Shown: positions 11,709 through 24,446, counted from the first letter of the stretch. The stretch: DNA of 64,000 nt from Octopus bimaculoides (GCF_001194135.2 NC_068981.1:194666937-194730936); one strand, 5' to 3'. A program made the numbers and translations. The notes: generated by a model not told the origin, from the letters alone.

Positions 11709-14700
11709 AATGATATGGATGTTGGAATAAATCAAAATCCCAGATAGTCAAAGCAGGAAGTTCAATTGGTTATGACTAATTTCATAAACTGATCAATCAC
11801 ATATATTAAAGACAGAACGCCTGGCATTCTATTTATTTCCTTCTCTGATCAAGTTCAGGATTGAAATCTTGAATATAATCAGAGAAGGAAACAAGTGGAA
11901 TACCAGACTTTCATATTAAGGGCCAGTTACCTATCTATGTTTGTTACCTACAATCATAGAAGGGACAGTTATCTACTCATGTTTATTAAAGGGTCACTTA
12001 CCTACCTATGATTGCTAAAGGATCAGTTTCCTATCTGTGCTTGTGAAAGAGTCAGTTACTTACCTGTGATTACAAACATATGAGATAACAGTCCCTGCAT
12101 TATTAACCCTTTTGTTACCAACCCAGCCGAAACCACCTCTGGCTCTGTAGTACAAATATCTTGTCTTCATAAATTTTGAATTAAAATCTTCCACCAAACC
12201 TTAGTCACAATTTATGTTCCTAACACTAGTTTCATGATAACTAAGTTATTTTACTAAATTCTTTGTTATATTTAAAATTAATTCAAAGAAACAGAGCATA
12301 TCAACAGAAATATAGTAACAAAAGGGTTAAGGTGTTCCAAAGGACCAGTTAGTAAGCTACATTTGTTTACTCTTTCATATTTTATGAAATCCCTTTTAAC
12401 TTTACCAATTTCATGTTCCTTAGGTCCCTTGATGCAAACGAAGAAGCCACAGAGAAGATTAAGTTGTTAACCCAACTGCTACACACTCGGCCCAAGTTGC
12501 CGAAACAAGTCCATGTACTCAATTTTTCAACAAACCAGGTTTGTATAACTTTACTGTTTAGGCAAGGGTGTGGGTGTTTAACAAGTCTGCTTCTCTCATC
12601 CATAGTTTTGTGCTCAGCTCTGATGTAAAGTCAGATTAAGTAATGCCTTGTGAGTGATATTTGCACAGCACTCAAAAGTACCTTGGATCGTAGGGCGACA
12701 TGCTGTGCTTGAGGAGACCTATTGAGTCAAGTACATCAAAACCAAAATCAAATGGAAATTGTTGTTGTGATTCCCGTGCCAGTGGCATGTAAAAAGCACC
12801 ATCCAAACGTGGCTGATGCCGGCGCTGCCTTGATTGGCTTCTGTGCTGGTGGCAAGTAAAAAGCAGCCACTACATTCTCGGAGTGGTTGGTGTTAGGGAG
12901 GGCATCCAGCTGTAGAAACATTGCCAGATCAGATTGGAGCCTGGTGTGGCTTCCTGGCTCACCAGGCCCATTCCAAGCCGTCCAACCCATGCCAGCATGG
13001 AAAGCGGACATTAAATGATGACGATGATGATGATAATGCATACATGTTTACAAGTATGTATGCATGCGTGTATGTATGTATGTAATTATGTAAACATGCA
13101 TGTGTGTATGTATGTAGGTAGGTATGTCTGCATCTATGTATGTGTCCGTGTATATGTGTTTGAGTGTGTGTGTGTGCATGTATAGACGACGAGATGCATA
13201 GGGAGAGTGAAAAGAGGGAGGGAAGAGGGACAAAGAGTGATAGGTAGAGAAATAGAGAGAGAGAGAGTAGGATGGGGGAGAGGGAAATAGGTGGCTGATA
13301 ACGATGACGATGATGATAATGATAATCCTTTCTACTAGAGGCACAAGGCCTGAAATTTGTGGGGAGGGGCATGAGTCAATTACATTGACCCCAGTGTTCA
13401 ACTGGTACTTAATTTATCGACCCTAAAAAGATAAACGGGAAAGTCGACCTTAGTGGAATTTGAACTCAGAACGTAGCAATGGGCGAAATACTGCTAACCA
13501 TTTCGTCCAGCTTGCTAACGATTCTGCCAGTTCATCCCCTTAATGATGATAATGACGACGATGATGATGATTATGCTGATGATGATAAAGTTGATAGGGA
13601 CGATGATGATGATGGTGATGAAAATAATACACTTCTTCCTCTTTTGAAGGATTAAACTTATATTTTACATTTACCATAATAACATTCCAACCAATGATTC
13701 CTTCTCTTTCCTCTTCTCCCCCACCCTCCTCCGCATCTGTGCAGGGTTCTGACATCATACAGTCAGCTCTACTCCGTAACTGTATTGACCAAATGTGTGA
13801 TGCCAAGTGGGAGCATCAAGAGGAGCTGGACATTATAAGAGACAAGATTTTTGAGTTGAAGGAATCAGGAACCGTTTTAGCAACATGGTCCTCTCTTCAA
13901 GAGTATTTCTTCACGAAGACACAAACTACACACCAAAAACTCTTTGAAAAACTGATGTCATTCCTCCACAAAATGGTAAGTCGTTTAGGTTTGGTTATTT
14001 TGTTGTGGAATAACTGTGAGATTATAGTTGTTGTAGTTGTTCTGATTAACAGCTGTGGAAAAAAGGTGAGAAAATGGGAAGGCTGGCTGGAGAACAGGCA
14101 GGGCCCGTGGAGTTATTTGCAAAGCTGCCTATTTCAGTCAGTCTGGGATGAGCATTGGTAACCTACATGACCTGTCTTGACTCATGAACTGAAGATTCCC
14201 AGTCAGCTGTGAGTCATTGCAGCTTTTCCCTTCATGGACTCCAACGAGACATTGAAAGAGAGAACTTCTTGCCATGTTCAGCATGCTTCATGTGCACTTG
14301 AGGACCACCTCAAAGCATTGGTCCCGTCTAGGGACTGTATGCACATATCTGGATTGAAAGGGTTGGCCTTGTCTGTTCTGATTCAGGTTACCGGAGCACT
14401 GGATAGAATGCTTCATGGTAATTGTGTGACTCTCTGTGCTCTGAGTTCAAATCCTGCCTAAGTCAAATTATTTTTCATTGTTGCAAGGTTGACAAAAAAA
14501 TGACTGATCTAGGGTGGTAGATTGAGGGATTGTGAAAAGGTTGCATGGCACGTAAAAAGCACCATTCAAGCATGGTTGATGCCAGTACCGCCTGACTGGC
14601 CCTTGTGCCAGTGGCATGTAAAAAGCACCCACTACACTCTTGGAGTGGTTGGCGTTAGGAAGGGCATCCAGCTGTAGAAACTTTGCCAGATCAGATTGTT

Positions 14701-17700
14701 ACTCTTCTTCCAACTTAGTCAAGGGTTCAAATCTTGCATGTACATTCTGTTTTTTGTCAAGGCACTACTTTTTTACTCTTTTACTTGTTTCAGTCATTTG
14801 GCTGCGGCCATGCTGGAGCACTGCCTTTAGTCGAGCAAATCGACCCCAGGACTTATTCTTTGTAAGCCTAGTACTTATTCTATCAGTCTCTTTTGTTGAA
14901 CCGCTAAGTTACGGGGACATAAACACACCAGTATCGGTTGTCAAGTGATAGTGGGGGGGGGGGACAAACATAAACACACAAACATATACACACACATACA
15001 TACATATATACATATATACGACAGACTTCTTTCAGTTTCCGTCTACCAAATCCACTCACAAGGCTTTGGTCAGCCTGAAGCTATGGTTGAAGACACTTGC
15101 CTAAGGTGCCACGCAGTGGGACTGAACCCGGAACCATGTGGTTGGTAAGCAAGCTACTTACCACATAGCCACTCCATGGTCAAATTGATCTAACAGGTTA
15201 TGCTTAAACAGCTCTTAGTTAACAACTGCAAGGAAAACGTATATTCTCCTTGATGTTATTCATCTTCAGTGACGAGGCATGGCACAGTGGTTAGGGCATT
15301 CAGTCTATGGTCATAAGGTCATGAGTTCGATTCCCAGCAGTGCATTATGTCCTTGAGCAAGACACTTTATTTCACATTGCTCCAGTCCACTCAGCTGGCA
15401 AAAACGAGTATTACCTGTAATTCAAAGGGGCCAGCCTTGTTACATTCCATGTCATGCTGAATCTTCCTAAGAACTACATTAAGGGTATGCCTGACTGTGG
15501 AGCGCTCAGCCACTTGCTCGTTAATTTCACAAGCCGGCTGTTCTGTTGATTGGATCAACTGGAACACTCGTCGTCATAACCGACGAAGAGCCAGTTGATC
15601 TTTAAGTCCAGATGTTGAACAATTGTAATTTCTTAATTCTTTCTTCAGGGAGGTAGTCTTGACCTACAGAAATGTGGATGGAACCAAATCGACCTTGATA
15701 ATCATTTCATCTGTGTGAATCCCATTGTATTCACAAAACTTCTATGTCGATTCCACATTGCAGAAGAAACCCAAGAATTTCGGTTAACATCCACTCACTT
15801 CTGGCCAGACAAACAAAATAAACCAAGTGTGGAGAGTTTGGTTCATGTCTTAGAAACAGTCCAAGTCCGTGGAATTATTCCTGAAACGTTGTTCCCAGTT
15901 TTGTGGCAAGAGTTCCCGACGTTAGATGAAAGTCAGGTGAAGCTTCTACTTCAAGTGTTTATCAGCCTGGGTATGTTGCTTCCGCTTCATTCCAGTGTAC
16001 ATGGTTCATCTTTAACAACATTATCGCTACCCACATATCCAACACTTTCACCCAAGAAATATTATTATGCATCGGTCATTGATTGCTTCAATGACCTTCG
16101 ACCTCAGCTCAACTGGACTCCAAAACCATACCCAGGAGATTTACAGGTAAGAAGACTACACACACATCATCATCATCATCATCATTTAACATTCTTGTTC
16201 TCCGCTGGCAAGGGTTGGATGATTTGACAGGATCCGACAAACCAGAGAACACCACTGAGTTCCAATGTCTTCTTTAAAATGGTTTCTACAGCCAGGTGCA
16301 ATTTGATGCAGTTCTGTGGCTTGTTGGATCTTGTTAAACAATCCAACCCATACCAACATGGAACAAGGATGTTAAATGATGATGATGATGATATATAAGA
16401 AAATATATATAGATGTAAAAGAAAAAATATAAAGCAAAACCTAACTACTTTTAACATTCTCTTCTTTCTAAACCAAATCATGTTAAATTAATAAAACCTA
16501 GTCATTCCCAACATTTTTGATTATCTCCCTTATACTGGAAAAAATCCCTGATTACCTTCCCCTGCCGGGAACTCCATATTTCACAACATAGCGAAGACAT
16601 GACATGGTATAGGTAAAGAAATTTGAGAAACTCGTAAAGAAAATTACGAAACTGGTTATTTCTCCAAAAACAATGTTACTATATGCAAAATTTTCCAGTA
16701 TTTTTCTAACATAACAATTTAAATATATTCTTTAACCATATAGCACAAGCCTTCTGTAATTTTTTCACTCTATTTTGTCTTTTAAACATCCAACCACGTG
16801 CTTTCACATACCAACTCTCTCACCTATTCAAATTAAAATACACACACACACACACACATAAATATAGTAAAGTTTCCATAAAACTTCTATTCCTGTATTG
16901 GTCTACCATGTTGACTTCCCAAACTCTGTACAAAAGGTGTGGTTAACTGACCTTGCTCCTCCAAATAGATTTTATTCCTGTGTCTGTTGTATGACATATT
17001 GTCTCCTCTCCTCAGTCTGTTTATGGTACGGAGTTACATCTCCCTCAGGTCTTTATCCTGTGTTCTCATTTATTAAAAATTAATGATTTAGTCTAGAGGA
17101 AGGGGTTGTGATAAAGAGAGATGAATGGGGTTGATTTTCATCTTAAACAAACTGCAAAGAAAACAAGGACTGGAGGGGTACTTCACTTCGGTAAGAAAGG
17201 GCTGAGTGTAGGGAGTAGGGGAACATAATATGAAAGATGGGAGGAGAGATGAGTGAGGTGGGTGGGATTGGGTGGAGAAGGTACACAATCAACAAACTAC
17301 AAAGAACAGAGGCCATTGTAGTAGCAGTAGAAAGACAAAGTGAGGAATCAGTGTAACTGTGGGTTTCAGAAGTGGACTCCATGGCAATCATTCTTTTTTT
17401 GTTTTATTTGTTTCAGTCATTTGACTGCGGCCATGCTGGAGCACCGCATTCAGTCGAACAAATCGACCCTAGGACACTTATTCTTTGTAAGCCTAGTACT
17501 TATTCTATCAGTCTCTCTTTGTCGAACCGCTAAGTTACAGGGACGTAAACACACCAGCATCGGTTGTCAAGCGATGTTGGGGGCACAAACACAGACATAC
17601 AAACGCACATATATATATATATATATATGCATATATACGATGGGCTTCTTTCAGCCTCCATCTACCAAATCCACTCACAAGGCTTTCGTTGGCCCGAGGC

Positions 17701-20700
17701 TATAGTAGAAGACCCTAACCTTAACTTGCCCAAGGTACCATGCAGTGAGACTGAACCCATAACCATGTGATTGGTATGCAAATTACTAACCACACAGCCA
17801 CTCCTGTTTTATTTCTGTATCCGTTTAGCTTTCTAGCCACTTTCTCATGTTTCTATCTCTATTGACCAATGTCCTTCCAGTGGCCTTGTTCTTATATCTT
17901 ACTGACCAGAAATTTACTATTGACCTTCAATGGATCCAATTTCCTTTCCAGATCAGCTGCTGGTTCCGTTTCATCTTGGGTGATCCCCCAGAGGGTCTGA
18001 TGCAGCGACTGCTGTGTTGCTGTCACCAAGCCATACACAAACAGGCAACTTACCAACACTTATGGAAACATGGAGTGTTGATACGTGCTGGGGAAGTGAT
18101 GCTTTGCATAGAATACACATCAGGAAACATCAAACGCTTCCATATAACTGGTCGCATCAATACAGACTTCCAAGGAAGCGAAGCAACGGCTATACAGATG
18201 ACGTGGCTTAAAATGGCTCCCCTCATTCTGGCGGCCATTTCCATGCTCAGTTCTTTCCATGGTTTAATGTATAGTACCTACCTGGTGCCATTAGGTAAAT
18301 ATTTCTATGAACCCATTGAGACGGCCACTGATTCCACTCACCAACATGTCTTCTCAACTGGAAGCTGTCTAAAAGCATGGACTCACAAAAAGCCTTTGAT
18401 TATTGAAAGAGAAAGAATTCTAAAAGTCGATCATCTTTTTCCATTTGAAGGTAAGTTTTGGTTCATTCCAATCCTGTCCAAATGTTCTTTAACCCCAGGC
18501 TAACCTGGATCCAGCAGATCTATGATCAAAGACATTCCATTTCATTCTTGGACTGTCATGTTTTTTTATTTTTTAATCTTTTACTTGTTTTAGTCATTAG
18601 ACTGTGACCATGTTGGGGCACCATCTTGAAGAATTTCCATTTGAATGATTGAACTGCATTTTTTTTTAAAACCTGGTACTTATTCTGTCAGTTTTCTTTG
18701 CTGAACCACTAAGTCATTGGGATGTAAACACATCAAAATTTCCACTTCTTTCTTTTTTTTTTATTTTTATTTTTCTAAAATTTTCGTTGCGTTTTGCAAC
18801 TTTTTCAATAGAAGACCAATGGAAGAAGCAGCACTGTTAGATCTCAGAATGTCAGATATTGTGGAAGAGATAAGATCATACTGTATGGTAATAGATCTCT
18901 CCCACCCAAACTAGTCTGGGAAAAGGAAGTGAAGTTGACACTGGAGTTGACTTAATTGACTAACCATTTGAGACTAAATTTGTGATCTTGTATCTATGTC
19001 AGAAACAAATATAATTCTGGATTCCAGCAGGGGCATTCATGCATCTACTCTACAACAAAACACCTATATCTGTCCCCTCAATACCTTAAATCTCTCAACT
19101 TGCACAAAACCACAATCCCACAACACTACCCTCCACTCCCAGTTGAAGGGCTTTTGTCTTGCAAGATACTTGGTGACCCTGTCAGTGCTGGGGCCGCATA
19201 AAAAGCACCCTGTACACTCTGTGAAGTGGTCAGCGTTAGGAAGGGCATCTGATCATAGAAACCAGCCCAAAACAGACAGTGGAGCCAGGGACAGCTCTTG
19301 GCCTTGTCATCCACTGCCAAACCATCTAACCCATACCAACATGGAAATCGGATGTTTAATGATGATGATGATGATGATGATGACTTCAATCCTGTTCAGG
19401 ACAACTTTGCCTTTCCTCACAATGGATTTGATGAAGTATCAGTCAAGTACCAGAGCCCTTGGCATTAACATTTTCCCCCCAAACTGCAGGCTTTGTGGTG
19501 GTGCTGGTGGGGCAATGTAATTAACAATCACCTTCTCACTAATAATTACTGGTCTTACACCAGAATTTAAAGCAATTATCATAATAGTTAATGCAATAAT
19601 AAGAACATGGAAGACAAGATTAAAAAAGAGTTAAAAGTTGTAAATTGTTGTATTAATATAATTCCTCCTCTCCCTCCTCCTCCTCATCATCATCGTCATC
19701 ATCACCACCACCACCACCACCACCACTACCACCACCATCATTATTTAACATCCATCTTTCAAGCTGGCATGGATTGGACGGTTTGGAAGGACTCAATGAG
19801 CCAGAGGATTGTACTGGGTGCCAATGTCTGCTTTGGCATGGTTTCTATGGCTGGATGCCCTTCCTAATGCCAACCACTTTACAGAGTGTACTGGGTGCTT
19901 GTTATGGGGCACCAGCCCTTGTGATGTCATCGAATAACTCACAAAACAAAGAAAAAAGACCTTCAACTGGGTAGGGTTACAGTTTTGAGGAAGGTGGCTT
20001 TATGTCAGGAGTTGAGAGGATAAAGTATGATGGAGGGATAGACACATGAAGTCTTCTATACAGAAGATAGATGGCTACCCTGTATTATATAAGGGTGGGT
20101 GGGAACAACTTGAAAGAAGCCAATGATAGTGGTGACGAGGTGTCAAAATGTAATTCAACTCCAAAATACATATTAGTGTATTGTTAGTGGAAATATAGAA
20201 ATATTTACCGATTTCTTGTGATTCTCAGATTGATGTAGTTCCAATTCAATATTGAACTTTGCTTTCTTTTTCTTTGTTGTTTCTAGTACAAAAATCTGTT
20301 GGTTCCATCTCTGTTATGATGGAATTCATCCTCTCCAAGAAGGAAGAAATCTGCTCCCAGAGTGAAGAAAGTCCATTGATTGTTGATAACTACTCAGCAG
20401 CAAGATGTTCCACTCAGATGGCAGTTCCAAAGACCAAAAAGAAAGCGATGCTCCAAATAAAATGGAAATTAGATGAAGAAAATAAAATTGTCCAAAAAAC
20501 GAACAACAACATGGCAGGTGAAGGTTTGTCTGTAAAAGACAATGGTAAGAATTCCTGTATAGGGTCTGATACTTCAAAGGGAACACTTCAGAACCTGAAT
20601 GAGACTGAAACTGGGGTTTCGAATGAAAATGAAATTGATGGAAGAATAATGAATGGTCGAGTGATGAGTGAGGAGAATGAGAAGTCTATAACTGTGAGGA

Positions 20701-20954
20701 TTGCTTCTAGTTTTGTGGCGAGCATAATGGTAATGGCTCTAGCACAGCACCTTGTGGAAGAATCTTCAGTGTCTGTGGGAAATATTGCTAAAATCACAGC
20801 TACAACTGCAACTGCAGTTCAGGCTGGTGACATTGATGCAGCCGTGAATGCAGTGTTTGATGTTGTGAATAAAGTTAACGACATGCTTGAGGTAAAACCT
20901 TCTAGCCCCAAAAATGAGGCCCCCCGCAAAAGTAAGTTTTGTATCTTAATGTAA
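4636..20954 (+). CDS. ROCO-family (Roc-COR, MFHAS1-like) protein gene, spliced; 5' end not resolved
   Basis: Phase-consistent GT-AG chain: 7256-7353, 8525-8601, 10406-10525, 11195-11364, 12424-12538, 13745-13975, 15649-16146, 17952-18450, 20287-20954 (824 codons plus stop). Weaker upstream exons at 4636-4749, 5205-5313, 5739-5854. Roc-like RIFLLGTTKSSKRSLL / IEIWELSDNQVFQKIHPIYYTSTALYVI; COR-like FLHKMG..FICVNP and PPEGLMQRLL..LWKHGVLI. Confidence 0.8.
5205..5313 (+). CDS. ROCO gene candidate exon (SLKLQKIIIMGKGDTPTSILNLL...)
   Basis: Good acceptor ttccag, weak donor ATG|gttctt; phase 2->0 fits the next exon. Confidence 0.4.
5739..5854 (+). CDS. ROCO gene candidate exon (LVNTHMPC...NKNK)
   Basis: tttcag| ... 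AT|gtataa, phase 0->2 matches the 7256 exon. Confidence 0.5.
7256..7353 (+). CDS. ROCO exon, degenerate P-loop (TARIFLLGTTKSSKRSLLKTVL)
   Basis: tgtag| ... AAAG|gtgatg, phase 2->1. Confidence 0.75.
8525..8601 (+). CDS. ROCO exon, G3-like region (IEIWELSDNQ)
   Basis: ttcag| ... CAG|gttggt, phase 1->0. Confidence 0.8.
8799..8843 (-). ncRNA. Hammerhead-like motif (family 2, left arm)
   Basis: tctgtg CTGATGA agg-loop-cct GAAA tcgtaat a cacaga; 6-bp stem I. Confidence 0.6.
8948..8992 (+). ncRNA. Degenerate hammerhead-like motif (family 2, right arm)
   Basis: tctgtg CTGATGA agagaaataacccg GAAG tcgtgat a cacaga; stem II and GAAA mutated. Confidence 0.45.
9583..9800. repeat. Imperfect ~220 bp inverted repeat (old MITE-like)
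   Basis: tttatggggtt..gtttctcactcataag..tttagc..ccccaaac versus gtttgggg..gctaaa..cttatgagcgagaaac..aaccccataaa. Confidence 0.55.
10406..10525 (+). CDS. ROCO exon (VFQKIHPIYYTSTALYVITC...)
   Basis: aacag| ... AAG|gtaggt, phase 0->0; resembles the Roc segment H-x-x-F/Y-x-T-x-x-A-L-Y. Confidence 0.85.
10626..10846. mobile_element. piggyBac-type MITE (~220 bp)
   Basis: TTAA on both sides; CCCTTT...AAAGGG termini. Confidence 0.8.
11195..11364 (+). CDS. ROCO exon (NPGSSILIVMIVSD...EEMEQI)
   Basis: ttcag| ... AG|gtgaga, phase 0->2. Confidence 0.85.
11917..12075. repeat. Degenerate ~30 bp minisatellite
   Basis: Repeated aagggNcagttacctatctatg-like units. Confidence 0.5.
12107..12326. mobile_element. 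piggyBac-type MITE, second copy
   Basis: TTAA flanks; near-identical to 10626-10846. Confidence 0.8.
12424..12538 (+). CDS. ROCO exon (SLDANEEATEKIKLLTQLLHTRPKLPKQVHVLNFSTNQ)
   Basis: cttag| ... CAG|gtttgt, phase 2->0; similar in layout to the MFHAS1 Roc insertion. Confidence 0.85.
13745..13975 (+). CDS. ROCO exon (Roc end / COR start)
   Basis: tgcag| ... ATG|gtaagt, 231 nt, phase 0->0. Confidence 0.85.
14770..15175 (-). mobile_element. tRNA-derived SINE, near full length (same family at 3345-3730, 17395-17800, 49117-49477, 55991-56418 and partial copies)
   Basis: A-box TGGCTATGTGG, B-box GGTTCAGTCCC, internal (TA/CA)n, tail CAGTCAAATGACTGAAACAAGTAAAAGAG. Confidence 0.8.
15276..15600 (+). 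mobile_element. tRNA-derived SINE, second family
   Basis: GGCATGGCACAGTGGTTAG..GAGTTCGATTCCC head, then CCTTGAGCAAGACACTT; 3' part also at 37880-38060 (-). Confidence 0.65.
15649..16146 (+). CDS. ROCO exon (COR)
   Basis: ttcag| ... CAG|gtaaga, 498 nt open frame. Confidence 0.9.
17952..18450 (+). CDS. ROCO exon (COR C-terminal part)
   Basis: tccag| ... GAAG|gtaagt, 499 nt, phase 0->1. Confidence 0.9.
20287..20954 (+). CDS. ROCO terminal exon ending RKSKFCILM* (CaaX)
   Basis: tctag| phase 1 matches the 18450 donor; stop TAA at 20952-20954; AATAAA at 20970-20975. Confidence 0.8.
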
Positions 20955-21531
20955 AAAAACCCCCCAGAAAATAAATGAACTCACAAACACATTTGTTTTT
21001 AATCTTTTCATCAGGGGAGAAGTTAGTGTCTATGACCTGTAACAGGGAACTCTAAGACTAGTGGAGGGGAGGGGAGGTGGATGGAATCCATAAACCATAG
21101 ATCAAATACTAGCTGCAGATTAGACTCTACTTATGGCACCAAAAGTATTGTGGCAAAACGACAGGAGATATGGCTTAATTCTTATGATACCAAATGCATT
21201 TGGACATACGATAGTTTAACATAATAACAAAGAGAGATATATATATATATATATATATATCATTGCTATTACATTAAACTGTCGTATGTCCAAATTTGGG
21301 CAAATGTGTTTTTTGAATTTCTACTTTTGGTTGCGATAGCTGATTCTTTTGGTCAAACTATCGTATCGCCAGCTGCTTCAGATGCCAAGAAATCAAAAAT
21401 TGTTGAAGTGTAGAACAGTTTTTGCTATGGAATGGTGAAACTATTTTTCGTTTTCTGAATAAGCAACGTTTTGAACTTACGACACTTCTGCATAATAGCA
21501 ATGATATATATATATCATCATCATCATCATC

Positions 21532-21576
<45 letters not shown>

Positions 21577-22299
21577 GGTGTCCACAAAGTCTGGGTACAT
21601 GGAGTAAATAAAATCATAACATAAACAATTAAATATAAGAAATAATAATTTCTTAAAATATGTGTTAATCTCCTTGTACCCAGACTTTGTGGACACCCTG
21701 TATATATATGAATGTGTATATTGATTTGTTCATGTGCATGCATGTGTAAGTGCTGAGACATGTCCGTTACATGCATTGGTATATGTTTGACTGTCCATAT
21801 ATGGTATATACACGACAATCATAATCTTGGGCCTAACTGGGTGTCATTGTTTTTGAAATACCTCGATTTGAATGAATCCTACGAACACTTGATTTTATCA
21901 CCATCATCTTTTAACATCTGTTGTCCATGCTGGTATGGGTTGGACGGTTTGACCAGAGGTAGCAAGCTGGAGAGCTGCACCAGGCTCCAGTCTGATTTGA
22001 CATCCAGTCGTAGAAACCAAACTAAAGGAGACAAGAACTTAGTGCAGCCCTCCAGCCTTGCCACGTCTGGTCAAACCGTCCAACCCATACCAGCATGGAC
22101 AATGGATGTTAAAGGATGATGATGATGACGATGATGACGATGATGATGATAAACTCCAATGACCCCAACATTCCTCTTAACAAATACACACACACACACA
22201 CATATGTTTTGTTATAAATAAATAAATAAACAATAAATCAAATACAAGTAGAAAAATTTAATTTTCAGTTTTGAAATTCCATGATATTGAGGACAACAA

Positions 22300-22570
22300 C
22301 AACAACAACAAAAACATGCAGATAAATAAGAGCATGGAAGCGGTGGTGGATATGGCGGTGGCAATGTTTGTTACTGACGATAATGATGAGGATGATGATG
22401 ATGATAGTGATGGTGGTGGTGGTTCTTGTAGTGATGATGGTGATGGTCTTTCTCATAGTGGTGGTGGTGATGCTGCTGCTTATTATGATGATGATGGTGA
22501 TGAAGGCGGTGGTAGTGGTGGTGGTGGTGGTGGTGGTAGTTCTTGTAGTGATGATGCTGATGATGCTTAA
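22300..22570. repeat. (GAT/GGT)n low-complexity tract downstream of the BAP1 stop (probable 3' UTR)
   Basis: Trinucleotide repeats directly visible. Confidence 0.8.
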
Positions 22571-22710
22571 TGTTCATGTCCAGATGACAACCAAACACAC
22601 TGACATCATTGTTGGTCATAACTGCAGGATGCTCCACCACTCCACTACTGACCACCACCACCAACAAAACATGAAACTTTCCCTTGTGCAGCCGATACAG
22701 TACAATCTCC

Positions 22711-22899
22711 TCATCTCCTACGTTTGGTCCGAGCACGTTTGCGTCGGTCAGGTCCACTGCTCGGCAGCTTACTAAGCCGGCCAACACTCACACCTTGTCT
22801 CTTACTGGTCAACATGTGTTGCTCCACCAGTTCGGCCAGATGACCCTCTTGGGCCAGGAAGGACAAGAAAGTACAGATGAACTGGTCATAGCTGTGTGT
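22711..22899 (-). CDS. BAP1: BAP1 last exon (5' few codons hidden in N gap), ULD and basic NLS
   Basis: [28 protein letters not shown]...[16 protein letters not shown] at 22713-22711. Confidence 0.93.
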   Translation of the reverse strand, partial: THSYDQFICTFLSFLAQEGHLAELVEQHMLTSKRQGVSVGRLSKLPSSGPDRRKRARTKRRR

Positions 22900-23390
22900 N
22901 NNNNNNNNNNNNNNNNNNNNNNNNNNNNNNNNNNNNNNNNNNNNNNNNNNNNNNNNNNNNNNNNNNNNNNNNNNNNNNNNNNNNNNNNNNNNNNNNNNNN
23001 NNNNNNNNNNNNNNNNNNNNNNNNNNNNNNNNNNNNNNNNNNNNNNNNNNNNNNNNNNNNNNNNNNNNNNNNNNNNNNNNNNNNNNNNNNNNNNNNNNNN
23101 NNNNNNNNNNNNNNNNNNNNNNNNNNNNNNNNNNNNNNNNNNNNNNNNNNNNNNNNNNNNNNNNNNNNNNNNNNNNNNNNNNNNNNNNNNNNNNNNNNNN
23201 NNNNNNNNNNNNNNNNNNNNNNNNNNNNNNNNNNNNNNNNNNNNNNNNNNNNNNNNNNNNNNNNNNNNNNNNNNNNNNNNNNNNNNNNNNNNNNNNNNNN
23301 NNNNNNNNNNNNNNNNNNNNNNNNNNNNNNNNNNNNNNNNNNNNNNNNNNNNNNNNNNNNNNNNNNNNNNNNNNNNNNNNNNNNNNNNNN

Positions 23391-23438
<48 letters not shown>

Positions 23439-24413
23439 TAAGTTGTATATAAACTCAACAACATATACACAAACCCACAAATATAAACACACACACACAC
23501 ACACACAAACACAAATCCACAGACACACAGGTCTTACCTTGTATTTGTTTCTTTTGTCCACTTCATCTTTCAGGTTGTTCTCACAGGTCGTTATCTCTTT
23601 CTCCACGTTCTTCATCAAATCATACAAATCCTGTGCATAAATAAATAAACGATTTATTATTTCTATAGACACCCATTCATACATACATCTACTATATCTC
23701 ATCACCATCATCATTGTTTTAATGCTCAAGGTAGATTTTCTACAGCTGGATGCCCTTCCTGTCATAAACCCTCACCTGTTTCCAAGCAGGGTAATATTTA
23801 CCCATACATGGTTTTCCTTGCAGATGGAAGGGCATCCAGCTGTAGAAACTCTGCCAAATCAGATTGGAGCCTGGTGTAGCCACCTGGTCCACCAGTCCAC
23901 AGTCAAATCGTCCAACCTATGCTAGCATGGAAAGCAGACATTAAACGAGGATGATGATGATGGGAAAGGAAGGATATTGTTTCTATGATGTTAGATATAC
24001 ATATATACACAGATATATACATACATATATCATCATCATCATCATCATCGTCGTTTAACGTCCGCTTTCCATGCTAGCATGGGTTGGACGATTTGACTGA
24101 GGACTGGTGAAACCGGATGGCTACACCAGGCTCCAATCTAATTTGGCAGAGTTTCTACAGCTGGATGCCCTTCCTAACGCCAACCACTCAGAGAGTGTAA
24201 TGGGTGCTTTTACGTGTCACCCGCACGAAAACGGCCACGCTCGAAATGGTGTCTTTTATGTGCCACCCGCACAAGCCAGTCCAGGGGCACTGGCAACGAT
24301 CTCACTCGAAAATCCTACAGGAGCCAGTCAGGCAGTACTGGCAACGGCCACGCTCATACACGTAAATCATAAATATATACACACACAATGTACATACACA
24401 TACATATATACAT

Positions 24414-24446
<33 letters not shown>

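Noticed and set aside
18812-18887. Exon-like segment with good acceptor and GT donor in the ROCO intron
   Set aside because: In the incoming phase it stops after EDQWKKQHC, and the open frame fits neither neighbouring phase. At most it is an alternative terminal or poison exon, unsupported here.
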